Origin: Promethearchaeota archaeon
GTDB taxonomy: Archaea > Asgardarchaeota > Lokiarchaeia > Sigyniarchaeales > SOKP01
Length of the DNA: 64,000 bases
Assembly: GCA_019058445.1 (NCBI GenBank)
Contig: JAHPZA010000009.1
Coordinates: 384,001 to 448,000, forward strand
Reading direction: 5' to 3'
In this document: positions 1-9,808 of the stretch, one piece after another
Layout: every line of letters begins with the position of its first letter
Position numbering within the stretch: the first letter of the stretch is position 1
The notes under the pieces: generated by a model
Told to the model about the DNA's origin: nothing
Databases searched by the model: none
Seen by the model: only the letters and a program-made list of their open reading frames with translations
Program-made: the position numbers and the translations under genes

Positions 1-233
1 CTAACTGGAAAAGCAGAAACAACATAACAAATAAGAATCGCGCCAATAACACTAGGTATACCTGCTATTATAAAGGCAAGCCATAAAGCCGGACCTGTAA
101 CACCAGCAGTAACTCCCGTTTGAATTAATATCCCCGCACCAACGACGTATCCAAAAACGAAAAATATTACAGACCATAAACCTAATTCTCGTTGTAATTT
201 AACTTCATTTTCAATTGAAGGTGGTTCACTCAT
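1..233 (-). CDS. APC-family amino acid permease, N-terminal part (runs off window start)
   Basis: Hand translation from ATG at 233: MSEPPSIENEVKLQRELGLWSVIFFVFGYVVGAGILIQTGVTAGVTGPALWLAFIIAG...; LxRELG..GxxVGAGI is the APC TM1 signature. Not in ORF track. Confidence 0.85.
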   Translation of the reverse strand, partial: MSEPPSIENEVKLQRELGLWSVIFFVFGYVVGAGILIQTGVTAGVTGPALWLAFIIAGIPSVIGAILICYVVSAFPV

Positions 234-432
234 AGAGTTCTATCGTTGTGTATCAATTAATAACTTTTACAATCTACAGAATTGTCTAATGGTTAGCAAG
301 CCAGTTCTTGACTCAAATCTCCTCATCAAATTAGATATTTTTATAAAATATTAAATCAATATTTTTAATACAGATTCAATTTAAATCCATAAATTATAAC
401 ACATAAAATTAAAAGTAAATTTCGTGGTGAAA

Positions 433-570
433 ATGGCTAAGTGGGAATGTCAAGCATGCGGTTATGTATACGATGAAGATGCTGAAGGAACGAAGTTTGA
501 AGATCTCCCCGACGACTGGACTTGCCCAGTTTGTGGGGTTGGTAAAGATATGTTTGAAAAGATTAGTTAA
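433..570 (+). CDS. Rubredoxin (45 aa)
   Basis: [45 protein letters not shown]; CxxCGY and WxCPxCG motifs; GGTGA SD upstream; T-tract at ~601-609. Below ORF-track cutoff. Confidence 0.97.
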   Translation: MAKWECQACGYVYDEDAEGTKFEDLPDDWTCPVCGVGKDMFEKIS

Positions 571-991
571 TTATCTTAATAATTAGCTTAAAATCTCCTC
601 TTTTTTTTTATTCTTACTTCACTTTTTGATATCTATATATCTTAAATTTAGTCTATATAATACCCGCCAGAATGAAAATAGAATTAGCGTATCTCTTATA
701 AATTATATACCGCACCTTTATATAAGTTATCATAATTTACTTATTGAGAAGGAATCAAAAAATTCATTCCTATATTGGATTTCGCCCTTGTTAGACTTTT
801 TGGAAGTTTAACCCTCTCTTTATTTTTGCATTTTGGACTGGATTTGGATTTCCTTCTTTTCCTGTTTATTTCCTAAGAGATGAATTATAAAAAGGAGACT
901 AGTAGTTTTCATTCAAATTTATTCGAAAAAGTAATAAATCTTTTTACCATTTTTTATTTGACAGAAGATATTTAATAGGATTGATTATATT

Positions 992-1213
992 ATGACAAAA
1001 ATTGGAATTTGTTCGATTTGTGGAGAGAAAGCGAGAATTTTTCAATGTTTGAATGGAGAATGTAAAAAATGGGTTTGCCTTGATTGTTCTAATGAATATA
1101 TTGCTCCTATGATTGAGTATTACTACAAAACTGAATCCTTGCCTATATTAAAATGTCCTAGCTGTGGAAGTAATTTGGATAAAACTTCGACAGAAGATAT
1201 CATTTTTCGATGA
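992..1213 (+). CDS. Small Cys-rich zinc-finger protein
   Basis: CxxC, Cx4C, CxxC, CxxC in 73 aa. Confidence 0.7.
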   Translation: MTKIGICSICGEKARIFQCLNGECKKWVCLDCSNEYIAPMIEYYYKTESLPILKCPSCGSNLDKTSTEDIIFR

Positions 1214-1280
1214 GTTGAAATCTTAGCTCTTTTATTTTATCTTTTATTATTAAAAATAAAACTCCCACCTAAAAAAGAAA

Positions 1281-1700
1281 ATGAGATTTCTTTCATTTCA
1301 CTGTGAATATTTCAAATATAAAGCGACTAAAAGAAGCCGCTCAAAAATTTTTGAGGAATTAACCAGTGAAAACACAGAAAATGAGCTTCAAAATGTGATT
1401 GTACTCTTTATAAGTATAGAAAAACAAGATGAAAGCAGACAGGACGTTATTGAAAAGGGCATACATGAAATAGAGAAAATCATTAATCAACTGAAAGTTT
1501 CTAATATCGTATTACTCTCGTTTGCTCATCTTTTTGGAAAATTAAGTTCTCCTGAATTTGGTTTGAAGGCATTAAAAAAATTAGAAGATTTACTAAGAGA
1601 AAGAGATTTCACGGTTATTAGACCACCTTTTGGTTGGTTTAATGAACTTGAGATGAAAGCCAAGGGTCATCCTCTATCAAGAATTTCCCGAATTATTTAG
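1281..1700 (+). CDS. Stand-alone archaeal threonyl-tRNA synthetase editing domain
   Basis: MRxLxxH start, FAHL, RxPFGW and KGHPLSRISRxI motifs of the archaeal ThrRS editing domain. Confidence 0.88.
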   Translation: MRFLSFHCEYFKYKATKRSRSKIFEELTSENTENELQNVIVLFISIEKQDESRQDVIEKGIHEIEKIINQLKVSNIVLLSFAHLFGKLSSPEFGLKALKKLEDLLRERDFTVIRPPFGWFNELEMKAKGHPLSRISRII

Positions 1701-1727
1701 ACCAGTATTAAGTCCTTTAAGTTCAAA

Positions 1728-1955
1728 TTAGTAAATAAAAACTCTAAATAACCAATATAGTAAATATAGCGCTCCAAGAACGGCAAATAATATTCTTAGT
1801 TTTGATAAATATAGACGCTTACCAGTTTTCTCATAAGTTGTAAACAAATCAGATGAGTGAGTAGCTTCACAGTCGAAACACTTAAAGTTTTGAGAGTCTT
1901 GATCGAAACCTATTTTACCGCCGCAAACTACGCATTTTCCTTGTTTTTTTTTCAT
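1728..1955 (-). CDS. Zinc-ribbon protein with C-terminal membrane anchor
   Basis: CVVC...CFDC then hydrophobic C-terminal helix. Confidence 0.7.
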   Translation of the reverse strand: MKKKQGKCVVCGGKIGFDQDSQNFKCFDCEATHSSDLFTTYEKTGKRLYLSKLRILFAVLGALYLLYWLFRVFIY

Positions 1956-2242
1956 ATTAATCCCTTATTAAAGAATTTTTTTTAACCAAAAAAGCAGATG
2001 TAAAAAAACTATATTATGTTCATAAATGTAAATTGTAATAAAATTGATTCGATTTTCTTGAATGAAATTAGTTGAGTCTTTATACTTTTCTCTTTATAAA
2101 TATCAAAGACGATTAATAACACAAATTATACATAGAAAACGAAATATATATTATCTTTCGTAAAACGCAAAGCTCATAGTGACATATAAGGATAAAATTT
2201 AAAAGAGTATCAAATAAACATTTATTAATCAAATAGAGAATT

Positions 2243-2386
2243 GGATCAGAAAAAAAACATAAACTTGACTCCTGCCACACCCTGGATTTTTGTCTTTTGG
2301 TTAGTGTAAGTTTTTACACTCTGATTTTGCCCTACTGATCCTATAATTTTATAGACCTTGTATTGAGGTCGCCGTTGGCAGGGGTC
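2243..2386 (+). ncRNA. Putative structured non-coding RNA (multi-stem, possible pseudoknot)
   Basis: 11-bp stem GACTCCTGCCA(2267-77)/TGGCAGGGGTC(2376-86); inner hairpins AGTGTAA/TTACACT, CTATAA/TTATAG, GACCTT/GAGGTC; crossing pair GGATCAG(2243-49)/CTGATCC(2335-41); GC-rich relative to flanks; G-U wobbles favour + strand. Confidence 0.5.
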
Positions 2387-2513
2387 TCCTTTATATTTAT
2401 TAGTAAAATTTAGATTCTTAGAAACTTAAATCCGATATTCTTTCATTTTTGTCATTTTTTTTTTAAATATATACCACTCTAATGAAATATAAAGAAGAGA
2501 AAGTTGATTTGTT

Positions 2514-2825
2514 ATGGCTATATCATCAAAAAGGAAAGAAAATTATGGAGATTTGAAACAAAATGTAAAACATATGCAAGTTTGCCCATTATGTAAAGAA
2601 AAATTTGAAATTGGGATTGAATCTAATACTTTAAAAGAATTATCTGAATATGGTAAATTTCCCTATCCTCATATTCACTTACATGGTAATCCCCTTCATG
2701 CGATGCTGTGTTATATAGATAAAAATCTAACCGTAAGAAGTGTAGGAGTAATAAATAGCGTAGAAATCTCGAGAAATATTGATACATTCCAGCAACTCAT
2801 GATGAAGTGGGCAAATCCATACTAA
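2514..2825 (+). CDS. Hypothetical protein, probable metal binding
   Basis: CPLC plus HIHLHGNPLH motif. Confidence 0.7.
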   Translation: MAISSKRKENYGDLKQNVKHMQVCPLCKEKFEIGIESNTLKELSEYGKFPYPHIHLHGNPLHAMLCYIDKNLTVRSVGVINSVEISRNIDTFQQLMMKWANPY

Positions 2826-2988
2826 ATTGAAGGGTAATAGCAACTGCTATTGCCAATAATGACAACGACTTATTATATATTACCCAAAAAGGTTTATTAT
2901 ACTAAGTATACATTACTTTATCAAAACAGTTTATTTATTCGAAATAGAATTGGAATATTATAGCTAATACCCTTTTGGTGTCCCTTTA

Positions 2989-4191
2989 TTGAGTCAGATT
3001 TCACCTACTAACCTCTATGAATTATATAAAGAAAAGAAAATTAATAAAAGAGAATTTCTAAATCGAACCATTACTATCTATGAAATTTCAGATTCAGAAA
3101 AAATTCGATTAGAATGCTTGAAAATCATTAACCTTGCAGATATAAAATCTGAAAAACTCTTTAAGTTTTTGGAAGAAATAATCATTGCTGATCCTGAGAT
3201 TGAGATAAGATTAAACGCAACCAGTTTAGTTCTGAAAAAATTTCCTAATAGCGGTTTTAATTTAGTAAACTATTTATTTAATAGTAGTGAACCCAAGGAA
3301 TTTATCATCAGAGTTGCCAAAATTATTGCTGAAGCAATGGTATCATCAGATAATAATATTACGAGCGAAGTTTCTAATTCCTTGAAATCTTTGATTCTTA
3401 AAATCTTTGAAAATGGAGATGTGAAAAGTTTTGAGATCTTATGGGGTGACTGGTTTCATAAAATTCATGAGGGATTTTGGGAATTTCTACTGGAAATAAC
3501 AGAGCCAATTGGGCTATTAGAGTTAATGGATTATTTCATCTCAAATTATGAAATTTATGATTGGTTCTATAATTCTCTACTGGTTAAATATAATTTCGAG
3601 CAATGGGTCTCCTTTCTTAATAATTCAAGGTTTTCAGGTCGATTCTTTTATATCATATCCTTTTTAGAAGAAAAAAAACCATCAACACGCTTTTACCAAA
3701 TTATTGATTTTTTTAAAGATATGGGAGCAAATTTGTCGCAATCTCAAATGAGTCTCATTAAGGATATTATTAAGAAAAACAATCAATATAGTCTCGTATT
3801 AGCTTTAATTTTCCATTGGTTTCACAATTTTAATATAGTTTCTTTAAAAGAGATTTTAGAAGATTCTGATTTGAAATTTATTCTTAAAATTGCTGAATTG
3901 ATAAAAAATCCTAAATTTGGATTCATTACGTATGATGATTTTTTATTTTCAGTAATTTCATTACTATTAAAAGCAAGTGAAGAAATTAATGAAAACTATT
4001 TTTTACTTTTTTTTCAGAACATTCCACTAGGATTAAAAAGAAGTATGACATCAAAATTATTGGATATTATAAATCCCACACAATCATATGAAAATACTGA
4101 AAAAGATAATTTTTATAAAACAAAATTTGAAGTTGCAGATAAAATTCTTGGACTATTGTCAAAATATTATGACATTAATTCATTTACGTAA
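2989..4191 (+). CDS. Hypothetical alpha-helical protein with N-terminal HEAT-like repeats
   Basis: SDSEKIRLECLKII and ADPEIEIRLNATSLV HEAT-like motifs; 400-aa ORF. Confidence 0.6.
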   Translation: MSQISPTNLYELYKEKKINKREFLNRTITIYEISDSEKIRLECLKIINLADIKSEKLFKFLEEIIIADPEIEIRLNATSLVLKKFPNSGFNLVNYLFNSSEPKEFIIRVAKIIAEAMVSSDNNITSEVSNSLKSLILKIFENGDVKSFEILWGDWFHKIHEGFWEFLLEITEPIGLLELMDYFISNYEIYDWFYNSLLVKYNFEQWVSFLNNSRFSGRFFYIISFLEEKKPSTRFYQIIDFFKDMGANLSQSQMSLIKDIIKKNNQYSLVLALIFHWFHNFNIVSLKEILEDSDLKFILKIAELIKNPKFGFITYDDFLFSVISLLLKASEEINENYFLLFFQNIPLGLKRSMTSKLLDIINPTQSYENTEKDNFYKTKFEVADKILGLLSKYYDINSFT

Positions 4192-4337
4192 TAAACTTCT
4201 TTTTATTTAACCTAAAGTCCTCTTTCAAAATTTAAGTATAAAAACTACGACAAAAAAAATCTGAAATCTTACAGGCTATTTTTCTTTAAAAACTTTCAGT
4301 TAATATTAATATCAAAAAAAAAGTTTAAGATAAAATT

Positions 4338-4574
4338 ATGAGTTCAGGATCAGTAAAAAGTAATAATAAAGGATTTATTGAAAGTAGTCTTGCTCTTGAA
4401 AGCAAAAAAAAAAAATCATATTATGGATTATCAGGCGCAATTATCTCATTCTCAAGCCTTTCTAATAAAGAACAAACTATTGATGGTTATTTAATCGCGA
4501 AAAATATCCCATTTACAGAATTAGATCCAGAATTAAAGCAAATTTTAAGACAAGAATTTACAGATACTCGTTGA
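4338..4574 (+). CDS. Hypothetical protein
   Basis: 78-aa ATG ORF in otherwise empty intergenic space. Confidence 0.5.
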   Translation: MSSGSVKSNNKGFIESSLALESKKKKSYYGLSGAIISFSSLSNKEQTIDGYLIAKNIPFTELDPELKQILRQEFTDTR

Positions 4575-4623
4575 GATCTAAAAAATATATAAAAATGGTT
4601 GAATAGGTAATTTCAGTTTTGAT

Positions 4624-5088
4624 CTAATCAACATCCACCGCAATTCCACACTTATTACATCTTTTTGCTCCTCGAAATAATGGATTGCCACAATCAGGGC
4701 AATGATATCTTTTTTCTTCAGACTCAACCCATTTTTCAGTTCCAATCTCCCGCCATGTTGGAATAGCCCTAAGAACTACTTTTTTACCTACTTGAATTGG
4801 GAAATTTTCGATGAATTTACAAGGAAAATCATCACATTGATGGCAACCTTCAATACCTTTATCTTGAGAGCAAGTCTTAATAGGGCATCTTCTGCATACA
4901 GGAAATACAATACCATCGCTAAGACACCCCGTACAAGCGATATCTTCCTCAGATTTTGCGAAAGCTTTATAGATGGGCAATAAAAGTTTCTTAAATTTTA
5001 AATTATTTTCCCTATGGGCAATATAAATTGAGCATACACCACAATACAACCCACACGGAGCCAAGAGTTCCTTTTTAACATCCACCAT
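4624..5088 (-). CDS. DUF3795-type Cys-rich protein with C-terminal zinc ribbon
   Basis: APCGLYCGVC, CxGC, CxxCxIKxC, GCHQCxxFPC, CPxCG...CxxC. Confidence 0.85.
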   Translation of the reverse strand: MVDVKKELLAPCGLYCGVCSIYIAHRENNLKFKKLLLPIYKAFAKSEEDIACTGCLSDGIVFPVCRRCPIKTCSQDKGIEGCHQCDDFPCKFIENFPIQVGKKVVLRAIPTWREIGTEKWVESEEKRYHCPDCGNPLFRGAKRCNKCGIAVDVD

Positions 5089-5238
5089 AATAAATCTCTT
5101 TATTCTTTAATTACATGGGATAATTCATACTATAAATTAAAACTTTCAAAATGAGAATAATTCATGATTAACTCATAGCTAGAATCGTATTTTTAACTTG
5201 ATTTCAGCCGTTTCAAAAAATAAGATATATCATTGGAT

Positions 5239-5270
5239 AAAAAAAGGTGTTTGAGGGAAACTCAAACACC
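5239..5270 (-). terminator. Hairpin plus U7 terminator-like element downstream of the TFB-like gene
   Basis: Minus strand GGTGTTTGAG-TTTCC-CTCAAACACC (perfect 10 bp) followed by TTTTTTT. Confidence 0.6.
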
Positions 5271-5345
5271 CATGCCACACCCTTTTTTATTTTCCTTCTC
5301 GTATAATTTTAAGCATTAATATTTTTTGATATCCTAAAGATTAAA

Positions 5346-6683
5346 TTATTTATAATGAGAAGGCTCTTTATTTGCTAAAGATTTTAATAATTCTAGGTCA
5401 TATAATTCGCGTTCTTTATTTTCAAGTGTATACGCATCAGAAGAATGAGCGATTTGTTGAATATTAAACCCAATAGAACGATTAAAACAATTCAAAAAGA
5501 GATACTTAGGAAAGCCATTATTATTTTTTAAAGAATTGGAATGATAATCAACATAATTAAAAAAATCAGGCTTTTCTTTTAAGTTACTTAATTTAGGTTT
5601 AACCTTACTTGATTGAATCTCTGTTTTATCGTTAATTTTCTTTTCCCATAGGGTACTATTCGCTTCTAGAAGTCCCTTTTTTTCCATAACTTGTTTCAAT
5701 AAATCGGCTGATTTTATAAGAGTTGTAAATCCCGAAATTTTGAATTCATTAAAAATCCTCCTTTTTACTTGAGATTGAATTGTACTCATTTTAATTCCTA
5801 ATTTATTACAAATTGAACTCACTGAAACATTTTTATCTTCGTAAGAACACAATATTGAAATAGAGGCAATTAATCCTGCTATCACATCATCCTTTGTATT
5901 CTTTATATTATCCCATAATTTGTACAATATTTTCTTACATTGAAAATAAAAGGTCATTCCTAGCTGAAAATGTTCAGAAATCTCTGTAAGCTTCTGCAAA
6001 ATATATTTCTTTCTGTTTCTTACTTGATATTGTGGAAAAATATGGAGGATTTGAAGCTTAAACGCATTAAAGTCTTTTTTTAAAATTTTAGAAATTTCTA
6101 ATAATTCAGCCTCATTTATCGATACATTTTGAAATTTAAAAACTAAGTAGATTGTTAGTGGAACTAGTTTATCAGGAGTTCGATATTTCGTTCCAGGCTT
6201 AAGAGCGGCACGGATTTTTTTAAAGTTTTTAAATACCATTCCCTTTAAAGATACAGGTAAATTTAAGCCCGTAAAAATCCTATTTATTTCGATTTTTGCT
6301 TCTTCTAAAACCGCTTCTTTATTACTTTTAATGGATTGAAGTTTATTCAATTTTTCTAGTTGAACTGATCTTTCATTTTGGAGTCGTTCCCTGATAAAAC
6401 CTATTTGTGTGGTTCCTAATTTTGCATATTGAACACTATCATAATTATAAGGATTATGATATTCCAGTTTTTGAAGCTCTAAAACGATTCCACAGTTCTT
6501 ACAAACATATCCTTCTTTTGTTTCTAATATATCAACAGACTTACACACATCACAAGATAATTCAGTGAAAATTTGAGATGATTTTTTATCTTTTGAATTG
6601 ATATATTGATGTTTATCAGGGTTATGATTAAGATTTTTTTTTAGTTCTTTCGAAGCCAATTTTATATCACTATTTTTTCTCAT
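5346..6683 (-). CDS. Divergent transcription initiation factor IIB (TFB)-like protein
   Basis: N-terminal Zn ribbon CDVC...YVCKNCGIVL followed by two cyclin-like helical repeats and a C-terminal extension. Confidence 0.75.
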   Translation of the reverse strand: MRKNSDIKLASKELKKNLNHNPDKHQYINSKDKKSSQIFTELSCDVCKSVDILETKEGYVCKNCGIVLELQKLEYHNPYNYDSVQYAKLGTTQIGFIRERLQNERSVQLEKLNKLQSIKSNKEAVLEEAKIEINRIFTGLNLPVSLKGMVFKNFKKIRAALKPGTKYRTPDKLVPLTIYLVFKFQNVSINEAELLEISKILKKDFNAFKLQILHIFPQYQVRNRKKYILQKLTEISEHFQLGMTFYFQCKKILYKLWDNIKNTKDDVIAGLIASISILCSYEDKNVSVSSICNKLGIKMSTIQSQVKRRIFNEFKISGFTTLIKSADLLKQVMEKKGLLEANSTLWEKKINDKTEIQSSKVKPKLSNLKEKPDFFNYVDYHSNSLKNNNGFPKYLFLNCFNRSIGFNIQQIAHSSDAYTLENKERELYDLELLKSLANKEPSHYK

Positions 6684-7075
6684 TAGTTGAAATAATAAAG
6701 GTAGGATTGTGGCTTTTAAATCCTTCTTTTTTTGAAAAAAATTAATTTAAAATATAACTTAAATTTGAGATCACATTGTTTATATGAAATTATTCACTTA
6801 ATTTCCTATTTTGAATAATATGATAAGCGAATTAATAAATCTGAGAGAATATGTAGAAGGTTAAAAATTTGATCTCTAGAATCAAATTGCAAATCCAAGG
6901 GTATATTGATCACTCCCAAAAATTAAAAGCTTGGAAAAAAGATTTAAACCCTTCTCCTTAAAATCTTAAAGTATATATTGCTAAGGGAAAGAATTTTGAG
7001 AACTTCTATAAGATCTGGCAATAAATTGAGCCTTATTTTAATTATATGTTTTTTAGATTCGAAAATCAATAGATT

Positions 7076-7834
7076 TCATGATATAATCTTAAATAAATCT
7101 TTTAAGTTTGAGATTTTTTGTACATCTCTAAATAATGAGTTATATGGATCAGCCTTGGTTGACGGTTGGTTAGCCTTGTAATCTGTAAATAAACGATCTT
7201 GATCTAATTGCGCTCTTTGAATTAAAATAGGCATGATACGTGCCGCTTTAGCTCCCTGAATATCCTCTGGTGCATCTCCGATGTAGACGATTTCATCATT
7301 TCGAAGTTGTAATTCTTCAAGTGCTAAGAAAAAAATACCTGGATCTGGTTTCTTTATTCCAACCTCACCAGAAATAACTATGGAATCGAAATAACTATAA
7401 AGATTCATACTTTGCAGGACATAATAAATATGAGGCGGATAATCAAAATTCGAAATGAGTGCGATTTTTTTATTTTTCTTAAATTCTTTTAATACGGGAA
7501 TTGTATCTGGATCGAGAGAAACATATTTATGCCAAGCATTTAAACAAGAATTCGCCGTAAATGCAAGCTCATCATTATTTAAATTTAAGCCTAATTCATG
7601 ACAAAGTCTCTGGATTCTCCTTTCATAAGTGGTCAGACCATCATTTTTCAGAGGAGGGACCTTTTTTTTAAAAAATCCATCACATTTGGTTGAAAATGAT
7701 TCAAATGACATATTTAATCCGTGATTCTGCAGATTATTATAAAAAGCTAAAATCCAATCAGCCCAAGCTTTTGGATTGTCATTATAAATCATAAGTGTTC
7801 CGTATAAATCAAAAAAGATTCCTTTAACCTTCAT
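7076..7834 (-). CDS. HAD-superfamily hydrolase (subfamily IA)
   Basis: FDLYGTL, ISN, KKPDP, IGDxxxDIxGA motifs. Confidence 0.92.
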   Translation of the reverse strand: MKVKGIFFDLYGTLMIYNDNPKAWADWILAFYNNLQNHGLNMSFESFSTKCDGFFKKKVPPLKNDGLTTYERRIQRLCHELGLNLNNDELAFTANSCLNAWHKYVSLDPDTIPVLKEFKKNKKIALISNFDYPPHIYYVLQSMNLYSYFDSIVISGEVGIKKPDPGIFFLALEELQLRNDEIVYIGDAPEDIQGAKAARIMPILIQRAQLDQDRLFTDYKANQPSTKADPYNSLFRDVQKISNLKDLFKIIS

Positions 7835-8106
7835 TTTCCTTTATGTACATTTTATTGTTTAATATGCGATGAGATTAAACAATAATTCTTAGAGTATTTT
7901 ATAAATTTTTCCTTTAAATAGAACGAAATTATAGATATTTCAACAAAATGAGAAATAAACTAAATTTATCTGTTATTAGATTTTACCACAGAATCTTTAC
8001 TTCTTCATTCTAATATATATTTTTTTGAGCATAATTAGGTTTATTTCTCTATTTCTTCTTTTTCCTTTAAATAAATCGGATTGAATTTATTTTTAAAATA
8101 TATACT

Positions 8107-9342
8107 ATGCGTGAATTGAAAATGTCAGATATTAGTCAAATTAAAGGCATTAATGCTCGACAGATAAAATTATTACAAGAAAATGGAGTAAGTACTGCTG
8201 AAGCGTTAGCAATGTCTCCTATTAATGTGGTTTCAGATATTGACGGATTAGGGGAAAAATCAGCGAAAAAACTCATATGGAATGCTAGAAATGCTTTGGG
8301 GATGACTGATTTTACGAAAGCTTCAGAGATCGATGAAAATACTGAATATTTTACTACAGGCTCATCGGAACTCAATAAAATATTAGGTGGTGGATTTCAA
8401 ACGGGGAAATTAACGGAAGTCTATGGCCCATTTAAATCGGGAAAAACGAATTTGGCACATACAATCTCGGTTACTGTTCAATTACCCAAAGAGAGAGGTG
8501 GTATTGAAGGCTCTGCTGCATATATAGATACCGAAAATACATTTTCTAAGGAAAAGATTAAAAGGATTGCGAAGAGATTTGGACTTAACCAAGACGATGT
8601 ACTTTCTAAGATATATCACGCGAGGATTTATAGTTCTGACCATCAATCTCAAATGATTATGAAAGCTGAGACTCTCTGTAAAACAAGAAATGTACGATTA
8701 ATTGTGTTAGATAGTTTGATGGCCCTTTTACGGAATGAATATGTCGGGATAGGATCACTTGCAAAAAGGCAGGGGGTGCTAAATAATATGATTCACGGTT
8801 TATCAAGGGTCGCAGAAACTTATAATTGTGCGGTATTGCTTACAAATCAAGTCGCTACAAAAATGGTGGGAATGTTTGCAGCCGATGACGCCATAGGAGG
8901 AAATATAGTAGCCCATGGCTGTCATTTTAGAGTAATGTTTAAAACCAAAGGATTTTCTTCAAATAATTCTTTAAAAAGAAGGGCAGTTATCGTTGATGCT
9001 CCTGATTTGCCACCAGAGGAATGTGAATTCTATATTACAAATGCAGGAATTGCTGATACAGATAAAGTTGATATTAGCCCCCAAGAAGTTTCAGAATTTG
9101 AATTTGAAATAGAAAAACTTTATGAGGAAAATGATGAGAACACACCTTTTACCGATATTCCATTAACAAATGTCAAAGGAATAGGGAAGGGAACAGCCGA
9201 AAACTTGATTGCAAATGGGATATCTTCAATAGAAGATTTAATATCTGTAGATCCAAATGAACTTTCAGCAAAAATAAGTGGCATCTCTTCAAATATGGTG
9301 CTTGAGTGGCAAAAATCGGCAAAAATCTTAATAAAATCTTAA
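8107..9342 (+). CDS. radA: RadA/Rad51-family recombinase with extra C-terminal helix-hairpin-helix domain
   Basis: N-terminal HhH, TEVYGPFKSGKT Walker A, YIDTENTF, LIVLDS Walker B, TNQV, IGGNIVAH; C-terminal VKGIGKGTAENL HhH. Confidence 0.88.
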   Translation: MRELKMSDISQIKGINARQIKLLQENGVSTAEALAMSPINVVSDIDGLGEKSAKKLIWNARNALGMTDFTKASEIDENTEYFTTGSSELNKILGGGFQTGKLTEVYGPFKSGKTNLAHTISVTVQLPKERGGIEGSAAYIDTENTFSKEKIKRIAKRFGLNQDDVLSKIYHARIYSSDHQSQMIMKAETLCKTRNVRLIVLDSLMALLRNEYVGIGSLAKRQGVLNNMIHGLSRVAETYNCAVLLTNQVATKMVGMFAADDAIGGNIVAHGCHFRVMFKTKGFSSNNSLKRRAVIVDAPDLPPEECEFYITNAGIADTDKVDISPQEVSEFEFEIEKLYEENDENTPFTDIPLTNVKGIGKGTAENLIANGISSIEDLISVDPNELSAKISGISSNMVLEWQKSAKILIKS

Positions 9343-9506
9343 ATAAGAGACAATTTATACTATAGTCATTAATTTTTAAAAATTATTTATTTTAATTAAT
9401 TATAAACTATAAATAATAAAGGGTAGAAGTTTAAATAATCGTATAGTATATGTTATATTATCCAGACGAAAAGAAATCAATTTGAGTATCACAATAACCG
9501 TCAATC

Positions 9507-9704
9507 ATGAATGAAGAACTCCATTGTCCTCGATGTAAAAATAATAAGATAATAGATTATGGCGAAACGTTTGATTGTCTAATATGCAAACTTGAATTTG
9601 AAAAAAAGGACCTGGAACTATATGATGATGAGTCTGCTATTCTCTCTATAGAGGAAAAATTGGACATTGTAAAAGTGCTTAAAACAAATTCAGAAAAAAA
9701 ATAA
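9507..9704 (+). CDS. Small zinc-ribbon protein
   Basis: CPRC...FDCLIC. Confidence 0.7.
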   Translation: MNEELHCPRCKNNKIIDYGETFDCLICKLEFEKKDLELYDDESAILSIEEKLDIVKVLKTNSEKK

Positions 9705-9808
9705 GAACATACTAATTAAATATCTTGGTAAGTGTTTCTGTTTAATTTTTTCTTTAAATACTCTTGATTTATTTTACTCTTAATCAATTCAAATAAAATA
9801 AGAGTAAA

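Noticed and set aside
626-811. 61-aa ORF from track
   Set aside because: TTG start inside a T-tract, no motif; likely spurious.
2241-2309. 22-aa leader peptide (MDQKKNINLTPATPWIFVFWLV) overlapping the structured element
   Set aside because: TTG start, weak SD and no amino-acid pathway downstream; cannot be supported.
2267-2386. c-di-GMP-I riboswitch (minus strand AGGGCAAA) or HDV-like ribozyme assignment
   Set aside because: Lacks the GNRA loop/receptor and GACGCAAA of c-di-GMP-I; the P3/L3 region is far too long and the J4/2 motif is absent for HDV-like ribozymes.
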